Under the pieces are notes generated by a model. The model made no database searches and was not told the DNA's origin. It saw nothing but the letters and a program-made list of their open reading frames with translations. Both the position numbers and the translations under genes were made by a program. Positions 25,834-39,979 of a DNA stretch of 64,000 bases are shown piece after piece. How positions within the stretch are numbered: position 1 is the stretch's first letter; every line of letters begins with the position of its first letter. Origin of the DNA: Octopus vulgaris (lineage: Eukaryota). Location of the stretch: positions 125,364,001 through 125,428,000 of the forward strand of contig OX597818.1 in the NCBI GenBank assembly GCA_951406725.2. The letters are read 5' to 3'.

Positions 25834-26451
25834 CCTTATAAGAAATAAGATCATTTTAGCAAGAGTCAAATTGGTTATGGTGGTGGTCGTGCGTGGGAAA
25901 GAGAACCATAACAGAGAAAAGAGGTGGAGGAAGATGAGGACAAGAATGAGAGGAGAAGGACGAGGAGTTAGGCAGGTGATACGAGGGAGGAAAGAGGAAG
26001 AGTAAAAGTGGTAAAGGAGAAGGAGGATGCAGTTGAATTGTAAAGACAGAGAGAAAGGTTGTTGATCGAACGAAGCACAAGAATCGGCTGCCTTTTGTGA
26101 GGTCTGACGTCTTGGAGACAGAGTAGGAGAACATGCTGGGTGGGGCCTGGACCGAGGTAGCGGCAGCGAGGCAGGGCGTGTGTACCTGATGGTGATGTTT
26201 ATTGCAGTATTGGGTCAGTTTATTGATGTCGGCGGTGACGGTGGTGATGTAGATTATTATTATGATGAGGATGATGATGAAAAGGAGGAGGAGAATGATG
26301 GTGAAGGGGATGATGGTGATAATGGCGACGACAATAATGATAGCTATGATACTGATGCTGATGTTCTAACACGTACGAAAGCGACCTTATTTGCGACACA
26401 CTTGCGCACTCTTAACACAGATGTACTACATAAATTATATACATACAATAT

Positions 26452-26496
<45 letters not shown>

Positions 26497-26803
26497 ATAG
26501 CATACTTTGAAACGCATACATACACACAACAAAAGTATACGCCTGCACATACGCATAAACACTTATACGCAAATTATACCGGAACTTTGTACACGCACAC
26601 GCACAAAGACATGTAGCCAAGGACCGGATAAACTTCGAAGTCTCTATCAACATTTCTTTGTGTTCACTCTACCTAAGAGTACTGGTTGATCCTTCACCTA
26701 ATCTTTGTTATTATATGTAGCAATACATAAAGACAAACATTATTGCACGCACACACTTGCAATCACAAACAGATCAAAGATGAGACACACACACATACAT
26801 ACA

Positions 26804-26834
<31 letters not shown>

Positions 26835-26926
26835 GTCTATATATAGATATATACATATGTACTTATATATATACATATGTATATATATATATATTTATAT
26901 ACTTATATAGATATGTATATATATAA

Positions 26927-26964
<38 letters not shown>

Positions 26965-26989
26965 GCATATATATATATATATACATTAC

Positions 26990-27022
<33 letters not shown>

Positions 27023-27027
27023 CATAC

Positions 27028-27086
<59 letters not shown>

Positions 27087-27090
27087 TACT

Positions 27091-27121
<31 letters not shown>

Positions 27122-27842
27122 GCATATATATATATACAGGCCTATTACTCATCACGCATGCATGTAGGCCATACAGTATAAACTTATCGATTCATACTGT
27201 CTATAACACATATACAAGTGCGGACACGTTACGTGCGCACACTCGAGTACGCACGTATGAATACACATGCATGCATAAACATATATATACATACATGACA
27301 ATACACTCATTTATTCACACATATAGGCATGCACGTAAGAAAACATCTTAAGTAGATGCATAAAATCACAGGTACCTATGAAGGTGTGTTTCTATGTATA
27401 TGAATATGTGTGTGTGTGCGTGCATAATTTTATTTATGTACGTATACGTATATATGCATATAGATATAGACATCAGCATATATACAGTACATACATGTAT
27501 ACATAGATACAGAGATACATACAGATGCATACACACACGAGCGCGGACACAACGTATTTATGTAGGTATATAGGTATGTATTTATATGCATATATGTCTT
27601 ACTTATTTCAATCATTAGACTGCGGCCATGCTGGGGCCATGCTTTTGAAGAATTTTTAATCGAATAAATCGACCCCAGCACGTTTCATTTTTTCTGAAGT
27701 CCGGTATTCATTTGCTGAACCGCTAGGTTACTGAGACGTAAACACACCAATGCCGGTTGTCAAGCAGTGTAGTGTGGGACAAACACAGACAGACACACAC
27801 ACACATACACACGCACAAACACACACATATGTATATATATAT

Positions 27843-28060
27843 AGCCAAACCAAAAATAGATAAACAGGAAAAAAACAACGACAAAAGTCAATTAGATAGA
27901 TATATTAGATTGAGGCTCATTAAAAATTTTCGATGCAAAATATAGAAGTGGAAATGACGTTTCGAGCACAGCTCTTCGTCGAAAAGAGGGAAAGGTTCTG
28001 GGGAAGGAAAAAGATGGAAGGAGCAGATAACATGAAGAAACACGTGTATCGTTATATAAC
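27843..28060 (-). mobile_element. Diverged PLE pLTR-like element with hammerhead-like motif (27952-27986)
   Basis: Minus strand TCGACGA-A-GAGC-TGT-GCTC-GAAAC-GTC. It starts at the (TA)n of a preceding type A SINE half (27600-27840). Confidence 0.45.
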
Positions 28061-28231
28061 CGAAAAATAGCTTTGACGTTGAATGTTCGAAATGAGGAGT
28101 AAATAGACAGCCGATAACTGATGAAAGGTCTTTTCTCTGAGTTTCTTTCCTGTTTTCCATTTTTTCTCGTTGTTTACATATTTCATGTTATTTGCACCGT
28201 TGGTGACGTCCTGTACCCGTATAGGCATGAA

Positions 28232-28316
<85 letters not shown>

Positions 28317-28359
28317 AGAAAAAGAAAGAGAGAGAGAGAGAGAGTGAGAGAGAGAATTA

Positions 28360-28710
28360 GGACGGGGTGTAGACGGGGGAAGCCGTGGAAAGTGAGAGTG
28401 TTGCTTTTTATGTGTTTGGTTTGTGGGCGGTGGTTGAGTCGTGCAGGTCTGGTGAGCCATCAAAATTCTCATAGAAATCGACCCATGATAAACAATGATG
28501 TGGCTTTTAAAATTCATAAGAGAACGTGTTTAAAATGTGGAAAGGTGTGCCTCTCAGCTGGAGGTCTAGAAAAATATGTTAAGAGAGTGCATATGGTGGC
28601 ACTGGCTGGGTTTAAAAGTCATATAAAGGCATCACATGGCAACAATCATGAATTATTTCTGTAAGTCTTCTTGGCAATGGCTTTCCTCGTGTAACGAGGA
28701 TGCAGCTGTG
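28360..28710 (+). mobile_element. RTE-clade LINE 3' remnant with C2H2 zinc fingers
   Basis: CLVCGRWLSRAGLVSHQNSH...CLKCGKVCLSAGGL...RVH...GFKSHIKASH, followed by the terminal hairpin TCCTCGT-GTA-ACGAGGA. Confidence 0.65.
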
Positions 28711-28819
28711 TGATACACACACACACACATAGATGGGACGGTAGGTTCAGACAAAGACACCGTTTCCTATACAATAATAACTACATTTCTTACATACACA
28801 TACATGCACATACATATAC

Positions 28820-28853
<34 letters not shown>

Positions 28854-28992
28854 GCACACTCATACACGGTTTCATATACAAACATATATATTTTATTCCA
28901 TATACACATAGACACACACACATACATTCACACACAGACACATACCCACATGTACATATATACATATAATATATAAACATATACATATGTAT

Positions 28993-29331
28993 GCGGAGAT
29001 CCCCCTCGGTCATGACTGACCATGGGATTGCACCTAGGAAGTTACCCTCCCAGACACAAGTCCGGGCAAGGTTGTTTATGGAAGACCAGCAGTCTCCCGT
29101 GCATACCGGCCTGCCCTCTCCACGCCACCAATGTAATCCAAGGGAATAGCAAAGGTTGATACAGCTTGGCACCTGTAACGTCGCAACTCATTTCTACAGC
29201 TGAGTGAACTGGAGCAACGTGAAAGAAAGTGTCTTGCTCAAGAACGCAACACGCAGCCCAGTCCGGGATTCGAACTCACAACTTCACGATCGTAAGTTCG
29301 ACGCTCTAACCACTGAGCCATGCGCCTTCAC
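28993..29331 (-). mobile_element. tRNA-derived SINE (head type C, tail 4), full length with TSD
   Basis: GAAGGCGCATGGCTCAGTGGTTAGAGCG...GAGTTCGAATCCC head. 10-bp TSD ACATATGTAT (28983-28992, 29332-29341). Confidence 0.85.
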
Positions 29332-29869
29332 ACATATGTATATACATACATAAATATCCTACAGGTATGTGTGAATAATCTACGATTCCTTCCTATTGTT
29401 ACAAAATTATTAATACTATATTGTTGATGAGAAGCTTAAGCTGTTGTTGTTTAGTTTTCATTCAGCCCTGGATATTGATTACGTATGATAAAGGGCGCTG
29501 CATCAATGACTCTTCAATGTTATTATTTCCAGACTACGATGTCCAACGTAAGTCTGTGTAAGATGGTAAGATGTGATTTCTAATAGGTCGAACGACAACA
29601 AAAAGGCTCCCCTCTCTCATTTAACACCCCTCCCACACACACACATATAGTGGATGTCTACTATATCAGGATTTTAACCCACATGCAATCTATGCAGCAT
29701 TGGAGGGGATGATTTTAATTAATCAAGGATTTATGTTGTATGATATTTGATATATCTGTATTTGTCTGTGTTGTTCAAATATACGTCCCTGGTTATTCTG
29801 AGTTCTTTCTATTAGTTTGTACATATGCATTTACTTAGGATGTTTTCCTTTGTACATATATATCGTCTG

Positions 29870-30089
29870 TCTTTTACTTGTTTCAGTTATATGACTGTGG
29901 CCATGCTGGGGTACTGCCTTGAAGGGTTTTAGTTGAACAAATCGATCTCAGGACTTTTTTTAAGCCTGGTACTTATTCTATCGGTCACTTATGCCGAACC
30001 GCTAAGTTATGGGGACATAACAACACCAACACTGGTTTTCAAGCTGTGGTGAGGCACACACAGAAACACAAAGACACACACACACACAC

Positions 30090-30143
<54 letters not shown>

Positions 30144-30300
30144 TATATACGACGGGCTTCTTTCAGTTTCCATCTACCAAATCCACTCCCATGGCTTTGG
30201 TCGGCTGCAGGCTATAGTAGAAAAACACTTGCCCACAGTGGGACTGAACCCGGTACTATGTGGCTGGGAAGCAAGTTTCCTACCTCACAGCCACGCTGCA
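29870..30300 (-). mobile_element. SINE type A
   Basis: Both halves present around an internal CA/TA/TG tract. Confidence 0.85.
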
Positions 30301-31167
30301 CTCGAATACATTAGCATGCACACACACACACACGCACACACACACACACACACGCACGCACACGCTCGCACGTATGTATGTATGTATGTATGTATGTATG
30401 TATGTATGTATGTATGTATGCATGAACGCATGTGTGTATATGCGCGCGCTAATGCACGTATGTATAACGGCTTATTTGCGATTTGGGAAAATAACTTGAT
30501 GGATGTTGAGATAAGAGGAAAAACATAACATCTTGAAGTAGTTAGTAACTAAAAACCTTTCGGTTTGACCAGCTGGTGAGAAGATCATGCGTTTGTGTGC
30601 GGTAGCGTGGATTCTACGAAAGCATAAGCTTCATTTAACGTTTAGAAATATGCTTGAGTAGCTGAGATAGTAAGATCAACAACAGAAAGACAAAGACGTT
30701 GAGGAAAGGCTTGAACCTTGGAGATGATGTCTTTAGTTATTCCTCTTTACGTTCTGAGTTCAAATCCCGCCTAGGCTGAATGACTTTTGTCCCTTAGAAA
30801 GGAGGGAAACTGGTAGAATTCTTAGAGCGTCGGAGAAAATGCCATGCAGTTATTATTCCAAATATTTACGTTCAGAGTTCAAACTGCCAACAGAGTCGAT
30901 AAAAATAAAGTACCGGCCAATACTGCGGCGGATTTTTAAAATCTGTTTAACCCTCCACACAAACGTGAAAACTTTAGCCTATACTAGAGACAATATTAAA
31001 TCCGGAAATTGCATTGTCAGATTCATAAGAATGTTTTATTTTATTTTATTTTCTAGCTCGGCACTACTTAATCTATCGGTTTCTTTTGCCGAGCAGATAA
31101 GTTACGGGGGCGTAAACACACCAACACCCGTTGTCAAGCGCTGGTGGTGGACACACACACATATGCA

Positions 31168-31202
<35 letters not shown>

Positions 31203-31204
31203 CC

Positions 31205-31251
<47 letters not shown>

Positions 31252-31340
31252 ATCTTATTACGGATAATTCGAAAGATAACCGATACCTGGGTAGCAAAAT
31301 TCACAACAGAAAGGGCACGGTTGATATATATATATATATA

Positions 31341-31536
31341 TGAAAACGAGACAATTTCTACTCTTCTCCTCTGGAAACTATCTACTCGCAATACCAGAGG
31401 GCGCACACTCTCCTACCCTGATGTAATCTCCAGGGATACAGGCATCCAGCAACAGGACCTCCATAATGCTATGATGGACCGTAAAGTCTGGCGTAGCATG
31501 GTAAATTCCATTGTCTCGACCACGGTCGAACAATGA

Positions 31537-31540
<4 letters not shown>
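31341..31540 (+). mobile_element. RTE/RTE-X-like LINE 3' end inserted in (TA)n
   Basis: ENETISTLLLWKLS...RGRTLSYPDVISRDTG...DLHNAMMDRKVWRSMV* followed by a (TGA)n tail; typical RTE-group ORF2 C-terminus (LLW...GR...DRxxWR). Confidence 0.75.
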
Positions 31541-31595
<55 letters not shown>

Positions 31596-31628
31596 CATAT
31601 AATTTACACACACACACACACACACACA

Positions 31629-31699
<71 letters not shown>

Positions 31700-32006
31700 A
31701 GACAATGCAAAAACAATGAGCATTACATATTTCTCCTTTCTTGTCGTAAATTAGACTTACAGCTGTTTCCAGTAGTCATTATTAGTTCGTTATTGATAGG
31801 TTTACTCAATCGACCCACTGATCGGTTCAGAAAAATTGAATGTCATGAAATATTAATGCTGGTCAGTCATTTATGGTTATGACCAAGTTACAGGGCCGAT
31901 TGAGTTTATTAATAACGAACCTATAACGACTACTGGAAACAACTGTTAGTCAAATTTGCTGCAATAAAGAAAAATATGTAATGACTAATATTTATACCTT
32001 GTCTAA

Positions 32007-32061
<55 letters not shown>

Positions 32062-32167
32062 CATACATACTTACATACATACATACATACATATATACAT
32101 ACATACATACATACATACAAACATACATACATACATACATACATACATACATACATACATACATACA

Positions 32168-32198
<31 letters not shown>

Positions 32199-32238
32199 GT
32201 GTGTGTATGTGTATTTGTGTGTGTGCCTGTGTGTATTC

Positions 32239-32440
32239 TACTTGTTTCAGTCATTTGACTGCGGCCATGCTGGAACACCATCTTGGGAGGTTTTAGTCAA
32301 GCAAATCGACTGCAGGACTTATTTTTTAAGCTTAGTGCTTATTCTATCGGTTCCCTTTGCCGAACCGTTAAGCTACGGAAACATAAACACACCAACACCT
32401 GTTGTCAAGCGGTGATGGGGGGAGCAGACCCAGACACAAA

Positions 32441-32482
<42 letters not shown>

Positions 32483-32630
32483 TATATACGATGGGTTCTT
32501 TCCAAAGACAAGGATTTGGTCTGTCTGAGGTTATAGTAGAAGACACTTGCCCAAGGTAGCACGCTGTGGGACTGAACCTGGAACCGTGTAGTTGGGAATC
32601 AAGCTTCTTACCATACAGACACGCCTGCGC

Positions 32631-32679
<49 letters not shown>

Positions 32680-32857
32680 CACACACTTACTATTTTACTC
32701 TTTTACTTGTTTCAGTCGTTTGACTGCGGCCATGCTGGAGCAAATCGACCCCAGGACTTATTCTATTGGTCCCTTTTGCCGAACCGCTAACTGACGTGGA
32801 CGTAAACACACCAACATCGGTTGTCAAGCAATGCTAGGGGGACAAACACAGACACAA

Positions 32858-32948
<91 letters not shown>

Positions 32949-33110
32949 ACAGGCTTCTTTCAGTTTCCGTCTACCAAATCTACTCACAAAGGCATTGGTC
33001 GGGTTGGGCTATAGCAGAAGACACTTGCCCAAGATGCCACGCAGTGGGACTGAACACGGAACCATGTGGTTAGTAAGCAAGCTATTTACTACACAGCCAC
33101 TCCTGCGCCT
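32239..33110 (-). mobile_element. Two tandem type A SINEs (32239-32630, 32694-33110)
   Basis: Each has the tail, internal microsatellite and tRNA-like head. Confidence 0.85.
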
Positions 33111-33348
33111 ATACATAAATACATACATCATATAAATACACACACTCTCATCTGCATGTATAGTTCTCTCTGTATTTGTGAAAGACATAAATGAAAAATA
33201 CACTCTCATTTAGAGACGTAAACTCGATCAAAATAATTTACCTTACTCTTTTACGAGAATGGTGTGTTTAGGTAGGGGAGTAGCTGTCCATCACATACCA
33301 CTGCCCCTCTATCTACCAACCTACCCCAGCTCTCTAAGTAATGCCCTA

Positions 33349-33400
33349 CAGCTTTTAACTGACAAGGTGAATTAGTGCATTGAAATGTCTCTATCAGCTG
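33349..33400 (+). ncRNA. Degenerate hammerhead-like motif
   Basis: cagct-tttaa-CTGACAA-GGTG-AATTAGTG-CATT-GAAAT-GTCTCT-ATC-agctg. The C3-G8 pair is broken. Confidence 0.3.
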
Positions 33401-33459
33401 GCTATAATCTTCAATGAATGAAATATGCGATGAATGCGTACGTAGTGAGTTATACATAA

Positions 33460-33503
<44 letters not shown>

Positions 33504-33553
33504 GTATATACACACGCACGCACACTCACGTACGCCCATCCAAACACACACAT

Positions 33554-33636
<83 letters not shown>

Positions 33637-33637
33637 C

Positions 33638-33720
<83 letters not shown>

Positions 33721-34538
33721 TATACATATATATATACATATACAGATATATATATATATATATATATACATATACAGATATATGTGCGTATTTATCTGTA
33801 TGTGTGTGCATATATATGTGTGTGTGTGTGTGTGAGCATGTATGTATGTATGTTTGTATGTATGTATATATGAAAAGTCCAACAGGGATTAATAGTATTC
33901 CATCCGAAGAAGCGCCCACACACGGCTGTTGCTGAAAAATATTCTACTATATCGTGATTATAAAGAATGATTCTGTATAACAGAACATGAATATGAACTC
34001 ACCAACTCAAAGCTGGTATGCGGTGAAGAAACAGCTGTTGGGGGTCTACTATTAAAGCCTGAGATCCTCCACCCACGTGTTGTACTATTACATGTATGTA
34101 TGCATGTATGTATGTATGTATGTATGTATGTATGTATGTATGTATGTATGTATGTATGTATGTATGTATGTATGTATGCATGCCTGTATGTATGTATGTA
34201 TGTATGTATGTATGTATGTATGTATGTACGTGTGTATGTATTATGTATGTATGTATGTATGTATGTATTATGTATGTATGTATGTATGCATGTATGTATG
34301 TATGTATGTATGTATGCATGTATGTATGTATGTATGTATGTATGTATGTATGTATGTATGTATGTATGTATGTATGTATGTATGTATGTATGTATTATTT
34401 AATAGAATCTATTCAGTCCTGTCAGTCTCATAGAACCTACGAACCTGACGAATTAATTTCGTTTGACGAGCCTGCGAAACCAAGTTGCATGGAGCCGAAT
34501 CGAACTGTTATTAAATTATATTTGTGACTCGTACCATA

Positions 34539-35819
34539 CGAGGCGCGTTCAATAAGTAATGCCTCTGACCCACTTGCAGTTGTTTGATCTAGCTGAAATT
34601 TTGCATGTGCAATCATTTATATCTCTATAGATTAAGTGGCAAATTACAGGTGTTTGAACTGATTTACAGGTGTTTGAACTGAGTCAAGTGTGAAATGGAG
34701 CCTGTTGAGTGTCGAGCAGTGATCCGGTTTTTGTATTTGAAAGGACGCACAGCACGGGAGACTTTTGATGAAATGAAAGTAACTTATTGTGATGATGCCC
34801 CATCATATGACCTTGTAAAGCGCTGGCATCGTGAATTCAAACATGGTCGGAACTCTGTGGAAACAGCTCCCAGATCTGGTCGCCCCCTTCTGCCATTGAT
34901 GAGGCATCTGTCCGTCAAGTTGAGGCTGCCATTTTGGAAGATCGACACATAACTATTCGCCAAATAGCCCAGGAGGTCAAGATTAGCACCGGATCTGTGG
35001 AAACTATCATTCATGACCATTTGCATATGCATAAAGGTGTCTGCCAGATGGATTCCCAGGTTGCTCACATCTTTCCAGAAGCAAGAACGCGTCGATTCTC
35101 GAGGATGAATTTGGAGATGTGCCAAGAAGATGAGTCAACATTTTTCAAAAGACTGATTACACAGGATGAAACCTGGGTCCATCACTATGATCCAGAGACC
35201 AAAACCCAGTCAATGCAGCGGACACACCGTAACTCGCCTCCTCCAAAGATGGCAAGGGGGAAGCCCTCTGCTAGCAACGTCATGCTCACAGTCTTCTGGG
35301 ACCAGGACAGAGTAGTGATGACAGATTTCCTGGCAAAGGGTGCCACAATTACAGGAGCCTATTATGCTTCACTTTTGAGGAAATTAAGAGAAGCTATCAA
35401 AATCAAGAGGCGGGGCAAGATCATCAAAGGTATCCTCCTCCTGCAGGACAACGCTTCGGTCCACAACTCGAGTGTCGCCAGATCAGAAGCACAGGCGTGC
35501 GGCTATGAACTCCTTCCCATCCCCCCTACTCTCCTAACCTTGCACCCTCTGATTTTCACCTCTTCCCAGCCATGAAGTTGTTTTTGAAAGGAAAGCGTTT
35601 CCCAGATGATGCAGCCTTGATTTCTGAAATCACGTCGAGGTTGGAAGACCAAGCTGGTGTCTTCTACAAAAACGGTCTTCAGAGCTGCATCAAACGATGG
35701 GAGAAATGTGTAACTCTGGGTGGGTTCCTATGTAGAAAAAGACTAATAACTGTGCCAAGTTTCGTTGCTCTACTGCTATGGGAAGTGGGTCAGGGGCATT
35801 ACTTATTGAACGCCCCTCG
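34539..35819 (+). mobile_element. Complete mariner DNA transposon (irritans-like), 1281 bp
   Basis: 37-bp TIRs CGAGG(C/G)GCGTTCAATAAGTAATGCC(T/C)CTGACCCACTT with 2 mismatches. TA duplication at 34537-34538 and 35820-35821. Confidence 0.95.
34695..35746 (+). pseudogene. Mariner DD34D transposase, frameshifted
   Basis: MEPVECRAVIRFL...PRSGRP; WIPRLL in a shifted frame; ITQDETWVHHYDPE; LLQDNA; HPPYSPNLAPSDFHLF in a shifted frame; RWEKCV...SYVEKD*. About five frameshifts. Confidence 0.93.
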
Positions 35820-35893
35820 TACATATGATATATGTAACTCCCTCTTTTTGAGCAGACTAATAAAGGGGAACTTGTTACAACGAAAACAGAAAG

Positions 35894-35951
<58 letters not shown>

Positions 35952-36400
35952 CACATAGTTAGCAATTTTGAGGGGACCGAGGAGCTGATTACATCGACAC
36001 CAGTGTTCTACTGGTACTTATTTAATCGATTCCGGAAAAATGAAAGACAAATTCGACCTCGGTGGCATTTGAACTAAAAACGTAAGGAAAGTCCATTAGA
36101 TTAAATGTAAATTGAATTAGATTAAATGTAAACGTTATTACGTTCTATCTCTCCATTTGACTCACTAACCCCCCCCCCCACACACACACATACACACACA
36201 GTGAGTAAGTATGTGTGTGTGTGAGGGAGAGAGAGAGAGAGAAAGAGAACATTTTCTTCTTTACCTCGCTCTTGCAGTTTGCTAGGTTCTACCATACTAT
36301 TTTTCTTTTTCTCTTCGTCTTTGCGAACATTGATCATTCCTAGCGGCATTGCTTTCTCTTTTCAGCCTTATTCATTCTACGGAACAGATCTGTTCCTCTA

Positions 36401-36438
<38 letters not shown>

Positions 36439-36579
36439 CCGCTTTCACTCTCTTCCATTCAAAAGATTATTTATATCTACAGTTCACTCTATTCACATGA
36501 TTTTAAAAATTTGAACTCAGAAATTGAAGACGTGCAATGAAATACCGTATGGCATTTATCCAGTGCTCTACCCTTAAGT

Positions 36580-37080
36580 TATGTCTGGTATCCATTCATT
36601 TTAGACAAACTCAACATCACACAAACCAACGAAGAAACCTCTACGGGATCAGTCACGCACCCAACTGGAAACTGAAACTACATATCTCTCAAGGAACTTT
36701 CTATCGTCTCCAGGCATGAGAGTTCAGTAATCTCATTCTCATCCTTCAGCTTCTCTCTCACCTCAGTTTTCCTTCCAACTCATAATTGCTCATTTCACTT
36801 CCTCATTTTATTTCTCTGTCCTCATTATATTTCTCTCATCCAGTTTTGTCTCTCCTGCTACTAACTCTCGACGTATTCAAGCTCACGTTGACTTGCGTTA
36901 TCCATCAGTAACAGCTGGTTTCTTTATTATACACCGAAGAAGGACACTGTCCGAAACGTTGAACGCTCCACTCCCCACAGCATTTTCACTGTACTCTTTC
37001 CGTCACCTTTTCGAAATGATACAAGTCTTACCAACGCAGACCACCACCAGTCCCCTTAAGTTCTGTTTTATCTTATTTAA
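36580..37080 (+). mobile_element. Degenerate PLE 3' region with hammerhead-like motif (36934-36960)
   Basis: CCGAAGA-A-GGAC-ACT-GTCC-GAAAC-GTT with weak stem I. Upstream are a pyrimidine-rich UTR and a faint RxxLE...GT...GM resemblance to a GIY-YIG C-terminus. Confidence 0.45.
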
Positions 37081-37444
37081 TGGAGTCCATAAATTCTCTT
37101 ACAATGATAGGATGCTCAACATTAGAATGTCGTTGACCGTTAGTCTATTCAATCAGATTTAAACTGATCAGGTGAAATCGTTCAGGACTAAACTGGGTAA
37201 AATAGCAACAACAACGTCACAAATTAATGAACAAAGCCAATAACATCCTATGAATTTTTTAGCGAACAGACCTAGGATCAAAGACGTTCCAGCTTCGACC
37301 ATCCAGTTTATTTTCTTTCATCATGTATCTACAACACCAAGGAACCAATTCTTAGAAAGACAAATAGGTGCAGTTTGAGAGAAATTTGGCTTATACTTCC
37401 TACAGATAAAAACGGCACAAATTAAAATCCTTTCTACAAAAGTC

Positions 37445-37921
37445 ACAAGGCATGAAATTTTGGGGAGGGGACTCGTCGATTACATTGACACCAGTGCTCA
37501 ACTGGTATTTATTTTATCGACCCCGAAAGGATGAAAGGCAAAACTGACCTCGGCAGAATTTGAACTCAGAAAGTAAAGACGGACGAAATACCTATTTCTT
37601 TACTACCCACAAGGGGTTAAACACAGAGAGGACAAACAAGGACCGACAACCGGATTGAGTCGATTATATCGACCCCAGTGCGTAACTGGTACTTATTTAA
37701 TCGACCCCGAAAGGATGAAAGGCAAAGTCGACCTCGGCGGAATTTGGACTCAGAACGTAGCGGCAGACGAAATACCGCTAAGCATTTCGCCCGGTGTGCT
37801 AACGTTTCTGCCATGAAAGGCAAAGTCGACCTCGGCGGAATTTGAACTCAGAACGTAGTGGCAGACGAAATACCGCTAAGCATTTCGCCCGGTGTGCTAA
37901 CGTTTCTGCCAGCTCGCCGCC
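37445..37921 (-). mobile_element. Composite type D SINE with a 98-bp internal tandem duplication (37715-37911)
   Basis: A young-looking unit ending AAAGAAATA is joined at 37592/37593 to GGTATTTCGTC of a more diverged unit with a different tail. Confidence 0.85.
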
Positions 37922-38297
37922 ATACGAAATGATTTTAGCAGGGTTTTGAAACCGAGTTGTATTGTTTAAGTTTATATGCCTATTCTGTTAACAGACAGAA
38001 AGAAGAATATGTCCTGGCTGAAAAAACACCTTGTTTCGTTATATTTAAAATAACTGTCACCATACAAATTTTCTACTATATTGCAGATACACTACACCTC
38101 AAGTTGTTGACTCAAGTGGTCTGTCCGCCAGTTCCTTGTCTCAAAGCTTTATTACACTGTTTTTCTACAACATATCTGTCTAGACCTCCTCCTCCTCCTC
38201 CACCTCCTTCCTCCTCCACCTCCTTCTCTCCTCATCTCTCCTCCTCTTCCTCCCTGTTCCTCCTCCTCCTCCAGCTCCTCCAGCTCCTCCAGCTCCT

Positions 38298-38358
<61 letters not shown>

Positions 38359-38586
38359 GTCGTCGTCATCATCATCACCATCAACATCATTATCTATGCT
38401 ACCATTCCCATATTTAAGTTTTCGACCGTCTGTCTGTGTGTTTTCCTGCCTGCCTGTCTGTCTGTCTGTCTCCTCTCAAAAAAATTGCGTTTGATCCTCT
38501 GGCCGATAGATAATGAGGATTTGGCGACCTTCTGTGTCTGTTTCCCATTTGTTTATGCATTTATTATACGTTTTTTTAAACTCATT

Positions 38587-38647
38587 ATACATACATACAT
38601 ACATACATACATACATACATACATACATAAATAAATACATACATACA

Positions 38648-38681
<34 letters not shown>

Positions 38682-39123
38682 AATACATACATACATACAT
38701 ACATACATACATACATACATACACACATACATACATACATACATACATACACATACATACATACATATATAAATACATACATACATACATACATACATAC
38801 ACATACACACATACATACACACATACATACATACACACACACATACATACATACATACATACACACATACATACATACATACATACACACACATACATAC
38901 ATACATACATACATACAAACATACATACATACATACATATATATATAAATACATACATACATACATACATACATACATTCATACATACATACATACATAC
39001 ATACATACATACATACATACACATACACATACATACACACATACATACATACACACACACATACATACATACATACATACATACACACATACATACATAC
39101 ATACATACATACACACACATACA

Positions 39124-39159
<36 letters not shown>

Positions 39160-39413
39160 TATATAAATACATACATACATACATACATACATACATACAT
39201 ACATTCATACATACATACATACATACATACATACATACACACACATACATACATACATACATACAAACATACATACATACATACATATATATATAAATAC
39301 ATACATACATACATACATACATACATACATACATACATACATACATACATACATACATACATACATACATACATACATACATACATACATACATACATAC
39401 ATACATACATACA
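38587..39413. repeat. Long interrupted (CATA)n tract
   Basis: Directly visible. Similar tracts at 25400-25680, 32008-32195, 34092-34395 and 63605-63855. Confidence 0.95.
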
Positions 39414-39552
39414 TTATATATCAGAGAGAGATTACTGCGAGTGACCAGTCCTTGCTTTTTCATGTCCGCCCTTTTATCGTTTATCTGTCCGGATGTTTCA
39501 CTGTCGTCTGTTGCGTTCTTGTTCCATATATATATATATATATATATACAAC

Positions 39553-39629
<77 letters not shown>

Positions 39630-39632
<3 letters not shown>

Positions 39633-39844
39633 CAGCATGGAAGGTGTTTATAAGCCATGTAAGAAAGACACAAAACCGTTAGATTCACTTCAACGTTTTT
39701 TGGCAAATTAAATTTAAATGTTGAAGTGAATCTAACGGTTTTTGTATGTTTCTTAAATGGCTTATAAACACCTTCCACGCTGCAATTGTTTTCGTTCCAG
39801 CACACGATCTCAGATCAAGTCACTCGCTATGCAAGTACATCTCT

Positions 39845-39845
<1 letters not shown>
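39630..39845. mobile_element. Short element with terminal inversion (arms 39633-39698 and 39716-39782) inserted in (TA)n
   Basis: CAGCATGGAAGGTGTTTATAAGCCAT...CCGTTAGATTCACTTCAAC and its reverse complement. The right arm continues about 60 bp further. Confidence 0.7.
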
Positions 39846-39893
<48 letters not shown>

Positions 39894-39924
39894 TATATAT
39901 GTATGTTTATATATATATATGTAT

Positions 39925-39979
<55 letters not shown>

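Noticed and set aside
28117-28150. Perfect CTGATGA
   Set aside because: No downstream GAAA or stem III follows.
28400-28640. Host C2H2 zinc-finger gene exon
   Set aside because: There are no TGEKP linkers. The degenerate fingers followed by a terminal hairpin fit an RTE LINE C-terminus.
29255-29331. tRNA-like sequences here and at 430-504, 8112, 23573 and 41127
   Set aside because: They are SINE heads continuing into SINE bodies, with TSDs in several cases; no complete cloverleaf is present.
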